Positions 1 to 13,418 of a stretch of DNA of 64,000 bases are shown here, one piece after another. Made by a program: the position numbers and the translations under genes. This DNA comes from Lingula anatina (taxonomy: Eukaryota > Animalia > Brachiopoda). The stretch lies in contig CM120640.1 of the NCBI GenBank assembly GCA_051362555.1, forward strand, positions 37,963,967 through 38,027,966, read 5' to 3'. The notes under the pieces were generated by a model. The model made no database searches. It was not told the DNA's origin and saw only the letters and a list, made by a program, of their open reading frames with translations. Numbering within the stretch: position 1 is the stretch's first letter; each line of letters opens with the position of its first letter.

Positions 1-419
1 TGTTGTAAAGATGCAGGAAATATCAAACAAACACTTTTAGGCATCTTATTAGTTAAATAATGAGACTGTTAACATGCCTAATAATTGAATCTGAGGAAAT
101 GTGAAAAAACAGTATAACTTCTTAAGTAATGGCCCGATTATGCTTATTTTCGAACTCAACCTGCGTTTTAGTAAGATTGACCACTCCTGTGAGTATAATT
201 ACAATTGGCCAATCTGTTTTTCTTATATTGTGTTATCAGTGTTGCATTTATATTGAAAATAGTGAAAAAACAGCATAAATTACCTAAAAGTGACCCGATC
301 ATGCTGATTTTCGAACTTGACCTACGTATTATGAATATTCATCAGTTCTGTAAGTTTCAAGTCAAAAGGTAAAATGGTTTTCCACTTATCGTGTTATCGG
401 TGCTGCATATATGCTGAAA

Positions 420-3400
420 CAAGGCAGCAAAGCTGTCAAATGTACAGACAAAAAGCAGGAAATAACAAAATAGGCTACTGTCAATTCTGATACAAAAGTA
501 CATTATGTTAAACTGCAAATTCAACATCAAATTTTAATTATGCTCAACAGGTAATACCAATGTAAGTAAAATGTGTACCAAGCATAAGGCTTCAGGCCCA
601 TGGAAGTTCAAGTTCACGCTTTGAAAATGTAAAACTTCCAGAAAAAGAAGTCAATTAGACTGCTTTTCCAACGTCAGGCTGCATTTTAGTCCTGTATTTC
701 TTTTTTGAAAGTTTTGCAATCATAAGTAACATGGTTTTCTCATAATGGTCATCATGGCAGCAGCACCCAAAATTGTGTTTTCTTCTATTCTGATGCAATA
801 TTACATAATGGTTTACAGCATAATGACAATCAATTTTTAATAAGAAAATATACCTATCATGGATTTTCAGAAAATGTGACTATCATGGGTCTTCAAGCCT
901 GTGGAACTTCAAAGTCACACATTGAAAATGCCAATATGTGAAAAATTAAATTTTCACAAAAAAATGTTTAACTGGCAGATTGCATTGCCTACTGAAGCTA
1001 TATTTTAGTCCCATGTTTCTTTCCTGTAAGTTTGAGAACAGTAAGTGACATGGTTTTTCTTAAATGGTCATCATAGTAACAGTTCCCAAAAATAGTTTTT
1101 TTTTTTCAAATTTTGATGCAATATTACATAATGTTTAACAGCATAATGACCATCAATTTCTAATAATAAAATATTAGTATCATGGATATTCAGAAAATGT
1201 GACTAGCAAAGGTCTTCTGGCCCATGGAACTTCAAAGTCACAACTTGAAAATGCCAAAATGTAAACAAGACAGAACTGTTCTGAAATGTTTTTTCCACAT
1301 TTTTAACAACTTTTAACATAAAACAAAATTAACAGTTTACTGCCATTTATATATGATCAACTAAAAAAATTGATGAGATGGGAAAAAAATCAATAGAGCA
1401 GTGTTAAATGTCCAATTTCTTCCATTCTGAGATTCTGAACATAGTGAATGATTGAATCTGACAAACTGCAATGATATGAGTTTATTTCCATTTTTGAAAC
1501 TTTATTACACAATACACGATAACAAGTTTACCATCATTTTTACAAAATCAACCAACAATGTTGTAAAGATGCAGGAAATGTCAAACAAACACTTTTACGT
1601 ATCTTATTAATTAAATAATGAAACTGTTAACATGCCTAAGAATTGAATCTGAGGAAATGTGAAAAAACAGCATAACTTCTAAAATAATGGCCCGATTATG
1701 CTGATTTTCAAACTCAACCTGAGTTTTAGTAAGATTAACCACTCCTGTGAGTTTCATGACAATTGGCCTATCTGTTTTTCTTATATTGTGTTAACAGTGT
1801 TGCATATATGCTGAAAAGTGAAAAAAACAGCATAACTACTAAAATAGTGGCCCGATCATGCCGATTTTTGAACTTGACCTGCATTTTAGTAAGATTAACC
1901 ACTCCTGTGAGTTTCATGACAACTGGCCTATATGTTTTTCTTATATTGTGTTAACAGTGTTGCATATATGCTGAAAAGTGAAAAAAAAAAACAGCATAAC
2001 TTCTACAATAATGCCTCGATCATGTTGATTTTTGAACTTGACCTGCGTTTTATGAATATTCATCAGCTCTGTAAATATAAAGCCAAAAAGTAAAACTGTC
2101 TTCCACTTCTGGTGTTAACGATAAAAGTGCACGGCGACGGCAACATGGACGGCGACGACAGATGCAGGTGATGGCAATATGTACATAATAAAATATATGT
2201 ATCGTGGATTTTCAGAAAATGTGACTAGCATAGGTCTTCAAGCCCGTGGAGGTTCTAAGTCACACCTTGAAAATGCCAATATGTGAAAAATTAAATTTTC
2301 ACAAAAAACCGATTAACTGCCAGAAAGAATTACCAAACAGACTGCATTGCCTAATTAAACTGTATCTTAGTCCCATGTTTCTTTCCTGTAAGTTTGAGAA
2401 CAGTAAGTGACATGGTTTTCCTTAAATGGTCATCATGGGAGCAGTGTCCAAAATAGGGGTTTTATCAAATTTTGATGCAATATTACATAATGTTTAACAG
2501 CATAATGACCATCAATTTTTAATAATAAAATATTAGTATCATAGATATTCAGAAAATGTGACAAGCAAAGGTCTTCAGGCCCATGTAACTTCAAAGTCAC
2601 ACCTTGAAAATGCCAAAATGTAAACAAGACAGCACTTTCTGAAATGTGTTTTTGTTCCATTTTTAACAATTGTTTAACATATAACAAAATTAACAGTTTA
2701 CTGCCATTTTTATATGATCAACTAAGAAAATTGATGACATGGGAAAAATATCAATAGAACAGTGTTTAATGTCCAATTTCCTCCATTCCGAGTTTCTGAA
2801 CATAGTGAATGAATTAATCTGACAAACTGCAATGATATGAGTTTTTTTCCATTTTTGAAACTCTATTATACAATACATGATAACAAGTTTACCATCATTT
2901 TTACATAATCAACTAACAATGTTGTAAAGTTGCAGGAAATGTCAAACAAACACATTTACATATCTTATTAGTTAAATAATGAGACTGTTAACATGCCTAA
3001 GAATTGAATCTGAGGAAATGTGAAAAAACAGCATAACTTATAAAACTAGAGGATCAGAGAGGCGATACCGCCTCCGAATATTGTACCACCAGCTGGAGCA
3101 AGCGCATTCGTATAGACCCCCACATACACAAAAGAAGGGACACAGCCACCAGTCTTATGCTTGACAAGCTGTAAAAATGTAATCAACAAGAATTTTCAAA
3201 ATATGCAAAAAATATATATAACTTAAAATGGTACAATCAAAGTTAAGTTCATCGTAAGGTAGGTCAAAGGTCAATTTCAAGGTCACAGTAAATTGCCAAT
3301 ATATGACTTCATATTCAACTTTAATGGTAACTATGGACCTATCTCTGCCAGGTTTGGAGTTAAAAGAGAAAGAAATGTGCAAAGTTCAGTTCAAAGTGAA

Positions 3401-6400
3401 AAGTAGGTCAAAGGTCAATTTCAAGGTCACATTTAGATTGCCAGTATATGACTTTCCATGCAAGTTCAATAGAAACTATGGACCTATCTCTGACAGTTTT
3501 GGAGATAAAAGGGAACCAAAATTTGCAAAATTCAATTCATGATAAAAAGTAGGTCAAAGGTCAATTTCAAGGTCACACTTAGATTGCCAGTATATGACTT
3601 TCCATGCAAGTTCAATAGAAACTATGGACCTATCTCTGACTTCCTATTCAAGTTCAATAGTAACTATGGACCTATCTCTGCCAGTTTTGTAGATAAAAGG
3701 GAAGAAAAATATGCAAAGTTCAGTTCATGGTGAAAAGTAGGTCAAAGGTCAATTTCAAGGTCACTGTAAAATTGCCAGTATATGACTTCCTATTCAACTT
3801 CAATAGTAACTATGGACCTATCTCTGCCAGTTTTGGAGATATAAGGGACTAAATGTTTTAATTTTGGAGTTACCATTATGTGCCATAAATTTCCTACAGA
3901 AAAAATTAATTAAAATAAAGAAAAGGTCATTTTGGTCAAAATTCTTGAAATAAGAGGTGCTCTGAAGTTCCAGATGTTCAAATTTGATGAAATAATGTCA
4001 TTTTTGACCACAAGTTGTCTGCTTTGCCAAGCCTTATGTTTTATTTTTCCGGAGTTCAAAATTTATTATCCATTACCGTACTGCACATTTTGCTTTCACC
4101 ACCAATATGTGCCAGTATATGACTTCCTATTCAAGTTCAATAAAAACTATGGACCTATCTCTGCCTGTTTTGGAGATAAAAGGGAAGCAAAATTTGCAAA
4201 GTTCAGTTCATGGTGAAAAGTAGGTCAAAGGTCAATTTCAAGGTCACATTTAGATTGCCAGTATATGACTTCCTATTCAACTTCAATAGTAACTATGGAC
4301 CTATCTCTGCCAGTTTTGGAGATAAAAGGGAAGCAAAATTTGCAAAGTTTAATTCATGGTAAAAAGTAGGTCAAAGGTCAATTTCAAGGTCACATTTAGA
4401 TTGCCAGTATATGACTTCCTATTCAACTTCAATAGTAACTATGGACCTATCTCTGCCAGGTTTGGAGTTAAAAGAGAAAGAAATTAGCAGAGTTCAGTTC
4501 ATGGTGAAAAGTAGGTCAAAGGTCAATTTCAAGGTCACATTTAGATTGCCAGTATATGACTTCCTATTCAACTTCAATAGTAACTATGGACCTATCTCTG
4601 CCAGTTTTGGAGATAAAAGGGAAGCAAAATTTGCAAAGTTCAGTTCATGGTGAAAAGTAGGTCAAAGGTCAATTTCAAGGTCACATTTAGATTGCCAGTA
4701 TATGACTTCATATTCAAGTTCAATAGAAGCTATGGACCTATCTCTGCCAGTTTTGGAGATAAAAGGGAAGCAAAATTTGCAAAGTTTAATTCATGGTAAA
4801 AAGTAGGTCAAAGGTCAATTTCAAGGTCACATTTAGATTGCCAGTATATGACTTCCTATTCAACTTCAATAGTAACTATGGACCTATCTCTGCCAGTTTT
4901 GGAGATAAAAGGGAAGCAAAATTTGCAAAGTTCAATTCATGGTGAAAAGTAGGTCAAAGGTCAATTTCAAGGTCACATTTAGATTGCCAGTATATGACTT
5001 CCTATTCAACTTCAATAGTAACTATGGACCTATCTCTGCCAGTTTTGGAGATATAAGGGACTAAATGTTATAATTTTGGAGTTACCTTAATGTGCCATAA
5101 TTTTCCTACAGAAAAAATTAATTAAAATAAAGAAAAGGTCATTTTGGTCGAAATTCTTGAAAGGGGAGGTGCTCTGAAGTTCCAGAAATTCAAATTTGAT
5201 GAAATAATGTCATTTTTGACCACAAGTTGTCTGCTTTGCCAAGCCTTATGTTTTATTTTTCCAGAGTTCAAAATTTATTATCCATTACCGTACTGCACAT
5301 TTTGCTTTCACCACCAATATGTACTTTTTGACACAGCGTAGCTCGAAAACCGTATGGAATACAAAAAAAACGGAGACCACCTCCAGTGTTGGGCTTTATA
5401 TGCTCTACAAAATGCAAAAAAGAATGGGTCTCTAGCATTAACGGTTCCCAAATTAGAGACAGTTTTCAGTTTCGGTATCTTATGGCCGCTACTCCTGTGA
5501 AAATGATTGACCCCAAATTCACGGAGATGAAAGATGACCTGACGGGTATCATTTTCCAATAATATTATTGGTTAAGTCTGTGTGGTGTCTGAATAACAGC
5601 GCAAATAATTTTTTTTTCGTAAAAAAATTCATTTTTTTGAAAAATTTGGCCGGTTTGACCTTGAAATAAAGGTCAAAGGTCAAATCCAAGGGCATATTTG
5701 AAATCTACACATATGACTTTTGGAAAGCCGTCTGTAGAAATTTTTCCCATAATTCCTTCCGTAGGGTAGATAATTAGCATTTAATTTTGCCATTTTTGGA
5801 CAAGGGTGCATTGCAATGAATGCCACACCTAGACCCCAATACCGACAAAGCCCAAATTTTACGTGGAACGAGTTGAGATTATAGGTGACCTAAATCCAAG
5901 AGATGGGTATGGGGGCCCTTACCGTCTAGGAGGAGAAGCGGTAACGGTAACATGGCGGCGGAGCCGGCGGAACGGACCGGACGGGACTAAAACCATGTGT
6001 ACCGCCAGCGCTAACGCTGGTGGTACAATAATGGCCCCATTATGCTGATTTTTGAACATGACCTGCGTTTTAGTAAGATTGATTACTAATGTGAGTTTCA
6101 TGACAACAGGCCTATCGGTTTTCCTTGAAATGTGTTAACAATGTTGCATATATGCTAAAAAGTGAAAAAACAGCATAACTACTAAAATAGTGGCCCGATC
6201 ATGCCGATTTTCGAACTTGACCTGCGATTTAGTAAGATTGATTACTCCTGTGAGTTTAATGACAACAGGCCTATCGGTTTTCCTTAAAATGTGTTAACAG
6301 GGTTGCATATATGCTGAAAAGTGAAAAAAACAGCATAACTTCTACAATAATGGCCCGATCATGCTGATTTTCGAACTTGACCTGTGTTTTATGAATATTC

Positions 6401-6551
6401 ATCAGCTCTGTAAATATAAAGCCAAAAAGTAAAACTGCCCTCCACTTATCGTGTTAACAAGGAAAGTGCACGGCGCCGGCATCGGCATCGGCATTAGCGA
6501 CGACAGACGCAGGTGATGGCAATATGTACAGACACTTCTGTGTCTGTACAT
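420..6551 (-). mobile_element. Family B HINE-like element, inner copy (partly duplicated internally, junction ~2190), inserted in an A-run of the outer family B copy
   Basis: One end is CAAGGCAGCAAAGCTGTCAAATGTACAGACA (short hairpin plus subterminal repeat). The other end is ATGTACAGACAC-TTCT-GTGTCTGTACAT. There is no TSD and the flanks are A-runs. Confidence 0.75.
3046..6028 (-). mobile_element. Helentron/HINE-like element, family A, with ~10 units of a 146 bp tandem repeat, nested inside family B
   Basis: Subterminal inverted repeat ATTGTACCACCAGC (~3080) / GCTGGTGGTACAAT (~6016); palindrome TGTACCGCCAGCG-CTAA-CGCTGGTGGTACA; hairpin GAGGCGATACCGCCTC next to a CTAG terminus. Host sequence GCATAACTT.TAAAA|TAATGGCCC is split by the insertion. 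Confidence 0.82.
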
Positions 6552-7452
6552 AAAAAGTGAAAAAACAGCATAAATTCCCTAAAAGTGACCCGATCATGCT
6601 GATTTTCGAACTTGACCTGCGTATTATGAACATTCATCAGTTCTGTAAGTTTCAAGTCAAAAGGTAAAATGGTTTTCCACTTATCGTGTTATCGGAGCTG
6701 CATACATGCTGAAAAAAGTGAAAAAACAGCATAAATTCCCTAAAAGTAACCGGATCATGCTGATTTTCGAACTTGACTTGCGTATTATGAATATTCATCA
6801 GTTCTGTAAGTTTCAAGTCAAAAGGTAAAATGGTTTTCCACTTATCGTGTTATCGGTGCTACATATATGCTGAAAAAAGTGAAAAAACAGCATAAATTCC
6901 CTAAAAGTGACCCGATCATGCTGATTTTCGAACTTGACCTGCGTATTATGAATATTCATCAGTTCTGCAAGTTTCAAGTCAAAAGGTAAAATGGTTTTCC
7001 ACTTATCGTGTTATCGGTAAAAGTGCACGGCGACGGCGACGACGGCGACGACAGACGCAGATGATGGCTATATGTACAGACACATCTGTGTCTGTACATA
7101 AAAATGAACAACTCTGTTCTAAATCATTAAGAGATTTTACAACTGTAAAAGGACAAATCCTTTCACAGAGAGTTAGACAAACATCACAAAAAAATTAATT
7201 AAAACTTACAACTGCATGCACTATATCTTTTAATCATGGTAATGGATTCTTTTCACTGTATCATGAAATGTGGCTTGAAATGTCATACATCCTCCAGGCT
7301 TCAAACAATGTTAATCCAGATATCTTTCTCCACTGCTATCAATATACATCAGAAGTAGGATGTCACCAATATCCTGGTGTTTTGAAGATGTACATAATTC
7401 CAATACTCTAATAAAATCTTTAATTAGATTTTGGAGAGGAAGAAAGGCATAC

Positions 7453-9367
7453 CTTGTATATCCTGATCCTGCTCATTCCTATCCTCAAAAGAAGCCCATC
7501 CTTTCTCTAACTGTGTTCCACCATCCTGCGTAGCATTATTATAGCTGTCATTGGTTTGTGGAGCCTTGTGTTGGCTGTTGGGAGATAGGGGAGGGCTCTG
7601 CACTGGGGTCTTGGTGGTATTTGGGGACTCGGGCTTAGCTGGCTAGAAAATGACAAAAGAGATCAAGGTTAGATTATGAAAAAAGATAGCCATGCTCCAT
7701 GGACAAAGTCTACATAAAGAGGATGCAGAATTAAGTTTTAACACTGTAAGATATATAGGACATGGTTAGATTTTTCTGAGTTGTTACAGCACAGCTCTCC
7801 ACACACCAAAATGCAGAATAGATTAACCAAATCAAATCTTACTCATCTCTAGTCTAGATAAAAAACTACTTGAGACGAGTAAAAACAACTTCCCCTTTCT
7901 TAAATTCTACTAAAAGTCTATGCTATCATTTCTCATTCATAATATCATATCATCTTTTAAACTCTAAACAAGGTAATTCCAAACCTTTTAACTTGTTTTT
8001 TCTACATTTAACATAGCTGTTTACTCAACTCCATGTTAAGTGAAATAATTTTCGCTCATAAATATTTTATATTATATCTGATTTGTTGCTTTTTTTTACA
8101 TATTACACTTCTTTTGATTCTACTCTTTGTCCATTGAAATAATTTTCTATCACAAATATTTCATATAAACATTATATCTGATTCATTACCTGTGGCTGTA
8201 ATGGCTGAGGAGATTGTACAGGATTTGAGTGCACCTCTACCCCTGTTGCTGCTGGTGGTGGTACTGCTGCTGTTGAAGGTATAACCCCTCCAGGCCCCAC
8301 AGGTCTCTCCCTTGTTGAACCCCTGCTGTGCTTTGGTGGTGGTGGTAACTGGCCTGCTGGCTGCGGGCCAGAAGATCTATAGACCAAAAAAATATTAATA
8401 ATATTCAATTAGCATCTTTGACTGTCTATAATATATATGAAACTGAATCATGGTAATTTACTTGGGCACAGTAGGAGTCACCTTATATGGAGATACTGTG
8501 GCTTGTATGGTGAGGATAGAAATCCAGTGCCTTTTTAGTTATTTACAACATGGGCTGCATCTAGCACCATCTTGACTAAACCAGTTTAAGGGCTTAAAGG
8601 GATAATAACTCTTCGTTTCGGCCAAAAAATGAATTTTCCTGGTTTAAACAACAATTTTCCCATACTTACCAATGGTTAATGAATCCATTTTTACATTCAA
8701 AGTTAGTCTCTGGTTTTTTTCTAAAAAGTTTGGTTTTTTGTTAAAATCTCTTAAGAGATTTTAACAGAGTATTGCCACCAATGGAGGTCACGTGGTCTAA
8801 AGACAAGCTCAGATACCAGAATAATAGCTGTAACTGCCGTTTTTGTGGTAAAACAGAATATATTATATTTCTATGAGTTATTCACAATGTTTTTATTGGG
8901 AAATATAGATCTCATACGAAGAGTTATTATCCCTTTAATCTAGAAAGTCCACCATTTGCTTCCATACACACTATATTCCCTGAGACAAATGGTAAACACA
9001 ATAAATAAGAGTACAGGTTTATGCAGAAATAACATAGCCTTGGACATAAAAGCATTTTTATTAAATAATGCTAGATACATTCAAAGCAAGTAAAAAGTAA
9101 AGGGATATATATTTCAAAAAGAAGTTAATGGCCTAAGAGTGGGAAACACTTATGTAGTCATATAGGATCTGATTCCAGTCAATCAGTTTCTTGAATAGTA
9201 TTTTTTTTTATTGCAGATTAATTAAAGACTGTCACTTACTTGTCAATCTCAGACTTTGGCTGATTGAATCCTTGTTGAACTGGCGTAGTTCTCGGCTCTG
9301 CATAAAATAAAATCATTGATTATTTTGTGATGTCTTACATGAATAAAAGAACATATTAAAATGCAAA

Positions 9368-9415
<48 letters not shown>

Positions 9416-10067
9416 CATATGTAGTTAATACTGATCAGGAATCTCTCTTAAAAACGTATCCTGTTGAATGAAGAAAGGAAATCAATCTTTGATTAGTTGG
9501 AGAGACAAAATATTAATGTCTTGGTTTACTGTTACAGCCATCAAGAATGTTTTAGTATAGCTCAATATGAGCTCTCACCTTGGTCAGTTTGCTTGTTAAA
9601 CACTGGCAGGGGGATTTCTTTTCCTGTAAAAAAAATGTTGTATCATTGTAGACAAAACCTTAAAACTATACTTTCTTAAGTTAGAGGTAGGTATCAGTAA
9701 AAATCAGCACAAAATCTTGTAATATTACAAGACAGAACTTGGGTAAATGTGATGTTTGAAAAATTTCCCTTTAGATAAGATTAAAGACAATAACAACAAT
9801 CTACACCATGTGCACACCTTCGTCCCAATCCCCTCCTTTCACGGAATGCCTACAGCATAATAGGGTAAAAGTATATTTAACTGTTTTGTATTCAATTCTA
9901 GAAATACAAATAAATTTATGGGCCCCTCACCTGCATTGAAGCTCTCCAGTTTGGTGGGCAATCCACTCTGAGCAGCAGCTATCAGTTTGAGAGCAATATA
10001 AAACTGACTTCTGCCAAAATGACCTAATCTCTGAGCTCCACATAGCTCTGTTATCTGAAAACAAAAC

Positions 10068-10130
<63 letters not shown>

Positions 10131-13100
10131 TAATGTTATGCCTTTTATAAATAATTGGCACAAGTACATTAGAAAGCAGCAAAACAAAATGTATTTAAGA
10201 CAACACTAAACAATGCTTTTAGTTTTTGGACTAAGCTTAACGTACCAGTAAAATGAACTCACACAATGTGAAAATCAAAGTTTAAAATACAATCAAAGAA
10301 AACACACATTAGTTCATGCTAAAGGTACTATGGCACTTGTGGCATTGCAATAGAAACCCCTATAAAATTGCTTGGATTGGGATTATACTGGATGAAATTA
10401 TATGAATCATCAAAGTATGATATATATGTATATATGAGAGTCGCAGAGCTGCATTTACTTCATACACACCAGGATGCTATAAGCTTAAACTTGCATTACC
10501 CTGGGGTCAATTAATTGGCTTCTATCGTGACTTTATGATAATTTTACATATAAATTATTATAATAACCTGCTAAATAACATGGTCCACAGGATATTGCCT
10601 ACAGTAAAACTCTTATTTCTGACAACTGTTTGTGATATATGGTGTATATTGGATGAAAGTCTCAGTATTAAATTTTCAAGACCAATATACTGTTATCTTT
10701 CTCTTGTAAGACTACTATGCGTAACATTTCAAGTAACAATACGTTTTGATTGTCAGGATAATGAGTCATTAGACTCATTTAATTTGTTATAACAAGATCA
10801 TAAAATCGTGTTCATGAGCACTATCCATCAAAGATTTACAAAAAATACTGTCTACTAGTACAAACAAATCATCCTTAACAGAGAGAGAGAGAAAAAAAGA
10901 TTTTCCTTGTCTACATCATATGTCCAGGATGTTCAAAGCCTAGCAAAAAGATCTCTTAAAGCACCAATATTTCCAATTCATTGCCTTTGAAACATTGCAA
11001 CAAATTGATTTCTATTGAGGTCCCTAAGCTGTGGTGCATACATTCACATTATACTCCCCACCCTTCATTAAAGAAATCCATAACTCTGCATTAACCAAGG
11101 CATCAACTTCTATGCCACTGGCCATCAATGGGAAAGCAATCTAGGTGGGAAAAATATCACACTTCACAGACTCACACTTGGAACATTGTGACAAAATTGA
11201 TCAATTTACACAATCCCATTTTAATTACAGTTTGTTTGCAAAATTATTCTTCTTTACAAATGCAAATGCTTAATGGCAGACTTAACAATCTGGTCTTTTT
11301 TGTAGATCAGTGCTTTTCGATAGAGACTCTTCCTTAGATCCCATCATTGGTCTATGTGGATCAACCCAACTCTGTAGGTACTCTTGCTGACTGCAATTAC
11401 TTAATAGAGTCTTTTCCACGAAATCGTGAGCATGCGCAGCTCGCGCCATTTTGTGCGGGACTGTTTCTCAGGGGGAAAGAGTAGAAGGGGCCTTCGGTAC
11501 TTTTGTAGTATACCCCCCCCCTCTCACCCTGTAACTTTCTGTAACTTTCACTTTTCAAACAGTTTTTTACATTTTATTGTTTATCCATGTCAAAGCTATT
11601 GAAATAAAATGCTTTTGTAATTACCTGTGGATTTTTTATTAGTGTTAATCACGTTTAATCCAGCCCATTGAAATACAAAGTTAGAATCTTCAATTTACAC
11701 CCGCAGTCAATAACTTGCCGCATTTTCGTTGGCTAACCCTAAGGTAATTTTATGTGAACAAGTAGCTCATAATAATTTCACAGAGGAAATCCAAGTATAC
11801 AATGTATCAATCCTATGTTCACATAAAATAAGGTAGAGTTAGCCAACGAAAACGCAGCAAGCTGCGGTTACATTGTAAATTTTCACATTGTATTTCGATG
11901 GGGTGGATTAAACGTGATTAAAACTAATAAAAAGACCACAGGTAATTACAAAAACATTTTATTTCAACAGCTTTGACATAGGTGCAAAAGACACTGTAAA
12001 AAAATGTTTGAAAAATGAAGGTTTCAGGAAGTTACAGGGTGGGGGGTATACTACAAAAGTACCGAATGTCCTATCTTTGCTGTCGATGAGGTACGTTTTT
12101 AGTTCTTTCATTGAAAAGTCATCAGGCACTTCTGCTAAATTTCTATTCCAACTGCTCCCATGAATGTGTTTTTCGAAAAAAATCAGGTGTTAACATGTTA
12201 CGAAACTTTGAAAATTCAGATTGAAATGAGCACTCCTCGATATGGCGTCCGTCGTGTACACTCCACACTTTCCCCCTGAAACTTCAAATCCCGCAAAATC
12301 TCGCGTTCCCACGGATATTTTAGCGGAAGTCACGTGACCGTGGAAAAGACTCTATTGAATGACATGCATCCTGGCATTAAGTAGAATACAGAAAAGATGA
12401 TGATTGAAGAACTACATTGGAAACAAGAGTAGGCATGTAATTCCGTTACTCTGATTGCAGTCACCAGAGTCCCCACAGAGTTTCGTTGATTCATGTCTAA
12501 GTCTATGGGAATGGGATCTTAGTCTGTATATGGAAACTGCTGCATCTCTACCAGCCAAGACCAGGTCTTGACAACTTGTAACCCATCTAACCCTTGGCAG
12601 AACAAGCCTTATCCTGGCCATGCATGCTATCATGCAACTCCCTTGGGTGTGCCATATCAAGGGCAACCCATGGCAGCATACCAATTTGCCATGATACAGA
12701 TAGTGAATCCATACATGTTATCATGCCAAAAGCTATGTGCATTGGTACATTTCCAAATTCAAATGAGATATCTAGACCCTTATTATGGTGTAGGTTTCTT
12801 ATATAGAATTACTGTGACTACCAAACACTTGTTCAATTTAAAAATTTCAAAAAATAAATAACCTCCATTTCCTTTTATACATATTACTAAGCCACAGATT
12901 ATTCCCTTTGCTTCTGTATAATTTATTACTAACTACTGTTTCAGGGGATAAAAAAGCTTGATATTTTAATCCAATGGCCTCTAGGAATATTCAGTTACTA
13001 ACAAGCACAACATCATGACTACCAGCATAGTGCAATAGAACAAGGTCAACAGAGTTCCCAAGAAGAAATAATTGTTATATTTCATCTTTTCATCAGCTAG

Positions 13101-13372
13101 ACTTTTCTAATATCACAGATTCTAGGCATAATTATTAATGGCACTATTGGTTGAGAATGTTATTTGCCTTTTGGAAATGTATAAACACAGCTATCTACAA
13201 AGAAAATATGGAAAAGGAAGTCAAAAAGACCATCTCTACCTGGTGGCATTCCTACTCATGCATGAACTGCTGTGACATTTACAAATATATCCCATGATAA
13301 ATTACTTCATTATGTGGTGACTAACCACTGGCACGGTTGCCTCCTTTTCATCTATTCCTCAGGTTAGGTTCT

Positions 13373-13418
<46 letters not shown>

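Larger units (their letters stand above)
1..7100 (-). mobile_element. Helentron/HINE-like non-autonomous element, family B, outer copy (starts before the window; interrupted at ~420-6551), with ~161 bp internal tandem units
   Basis: Terminal palindrome ATGTACAGACAC-ATCT-GTGTCTGTACAT at ~7072-7099, next to a (GAC/GGC) microsatellite. Units start at 6557, 6718 and 6879. The unit broken at 419 resumes at 6552. Confidence 0.75.

Noticed and set aside
4110-5060. Regular repeat array resembling CRISPR
   Set aside because: Units are repeated along their full 146 bp with no unique spacers, the context is eukaryotic, and there are no cas genes.
3155-6101. Many 60-95 aa ORFs (e.g. MTSYSTSIVTMDLSLPG, MVKILEMGGALKFQMFKF) recurring here and at 19974-22126
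   Set aside because: They recur only because they are translations of the family A repeat. There is no Rep/helicase or transposase motif.
9927-10187. Poly-Ile ORF
   Set aside because: It is a translation of the (ATT)n microsatellite in the wrong frame of a REPS exon.
12412-12861. Overlapping short ORFs in a REPS intron
   Set aside because: No recognisable protein similarity or supporting splice sites; likely chance ORFs or old repeat debris.
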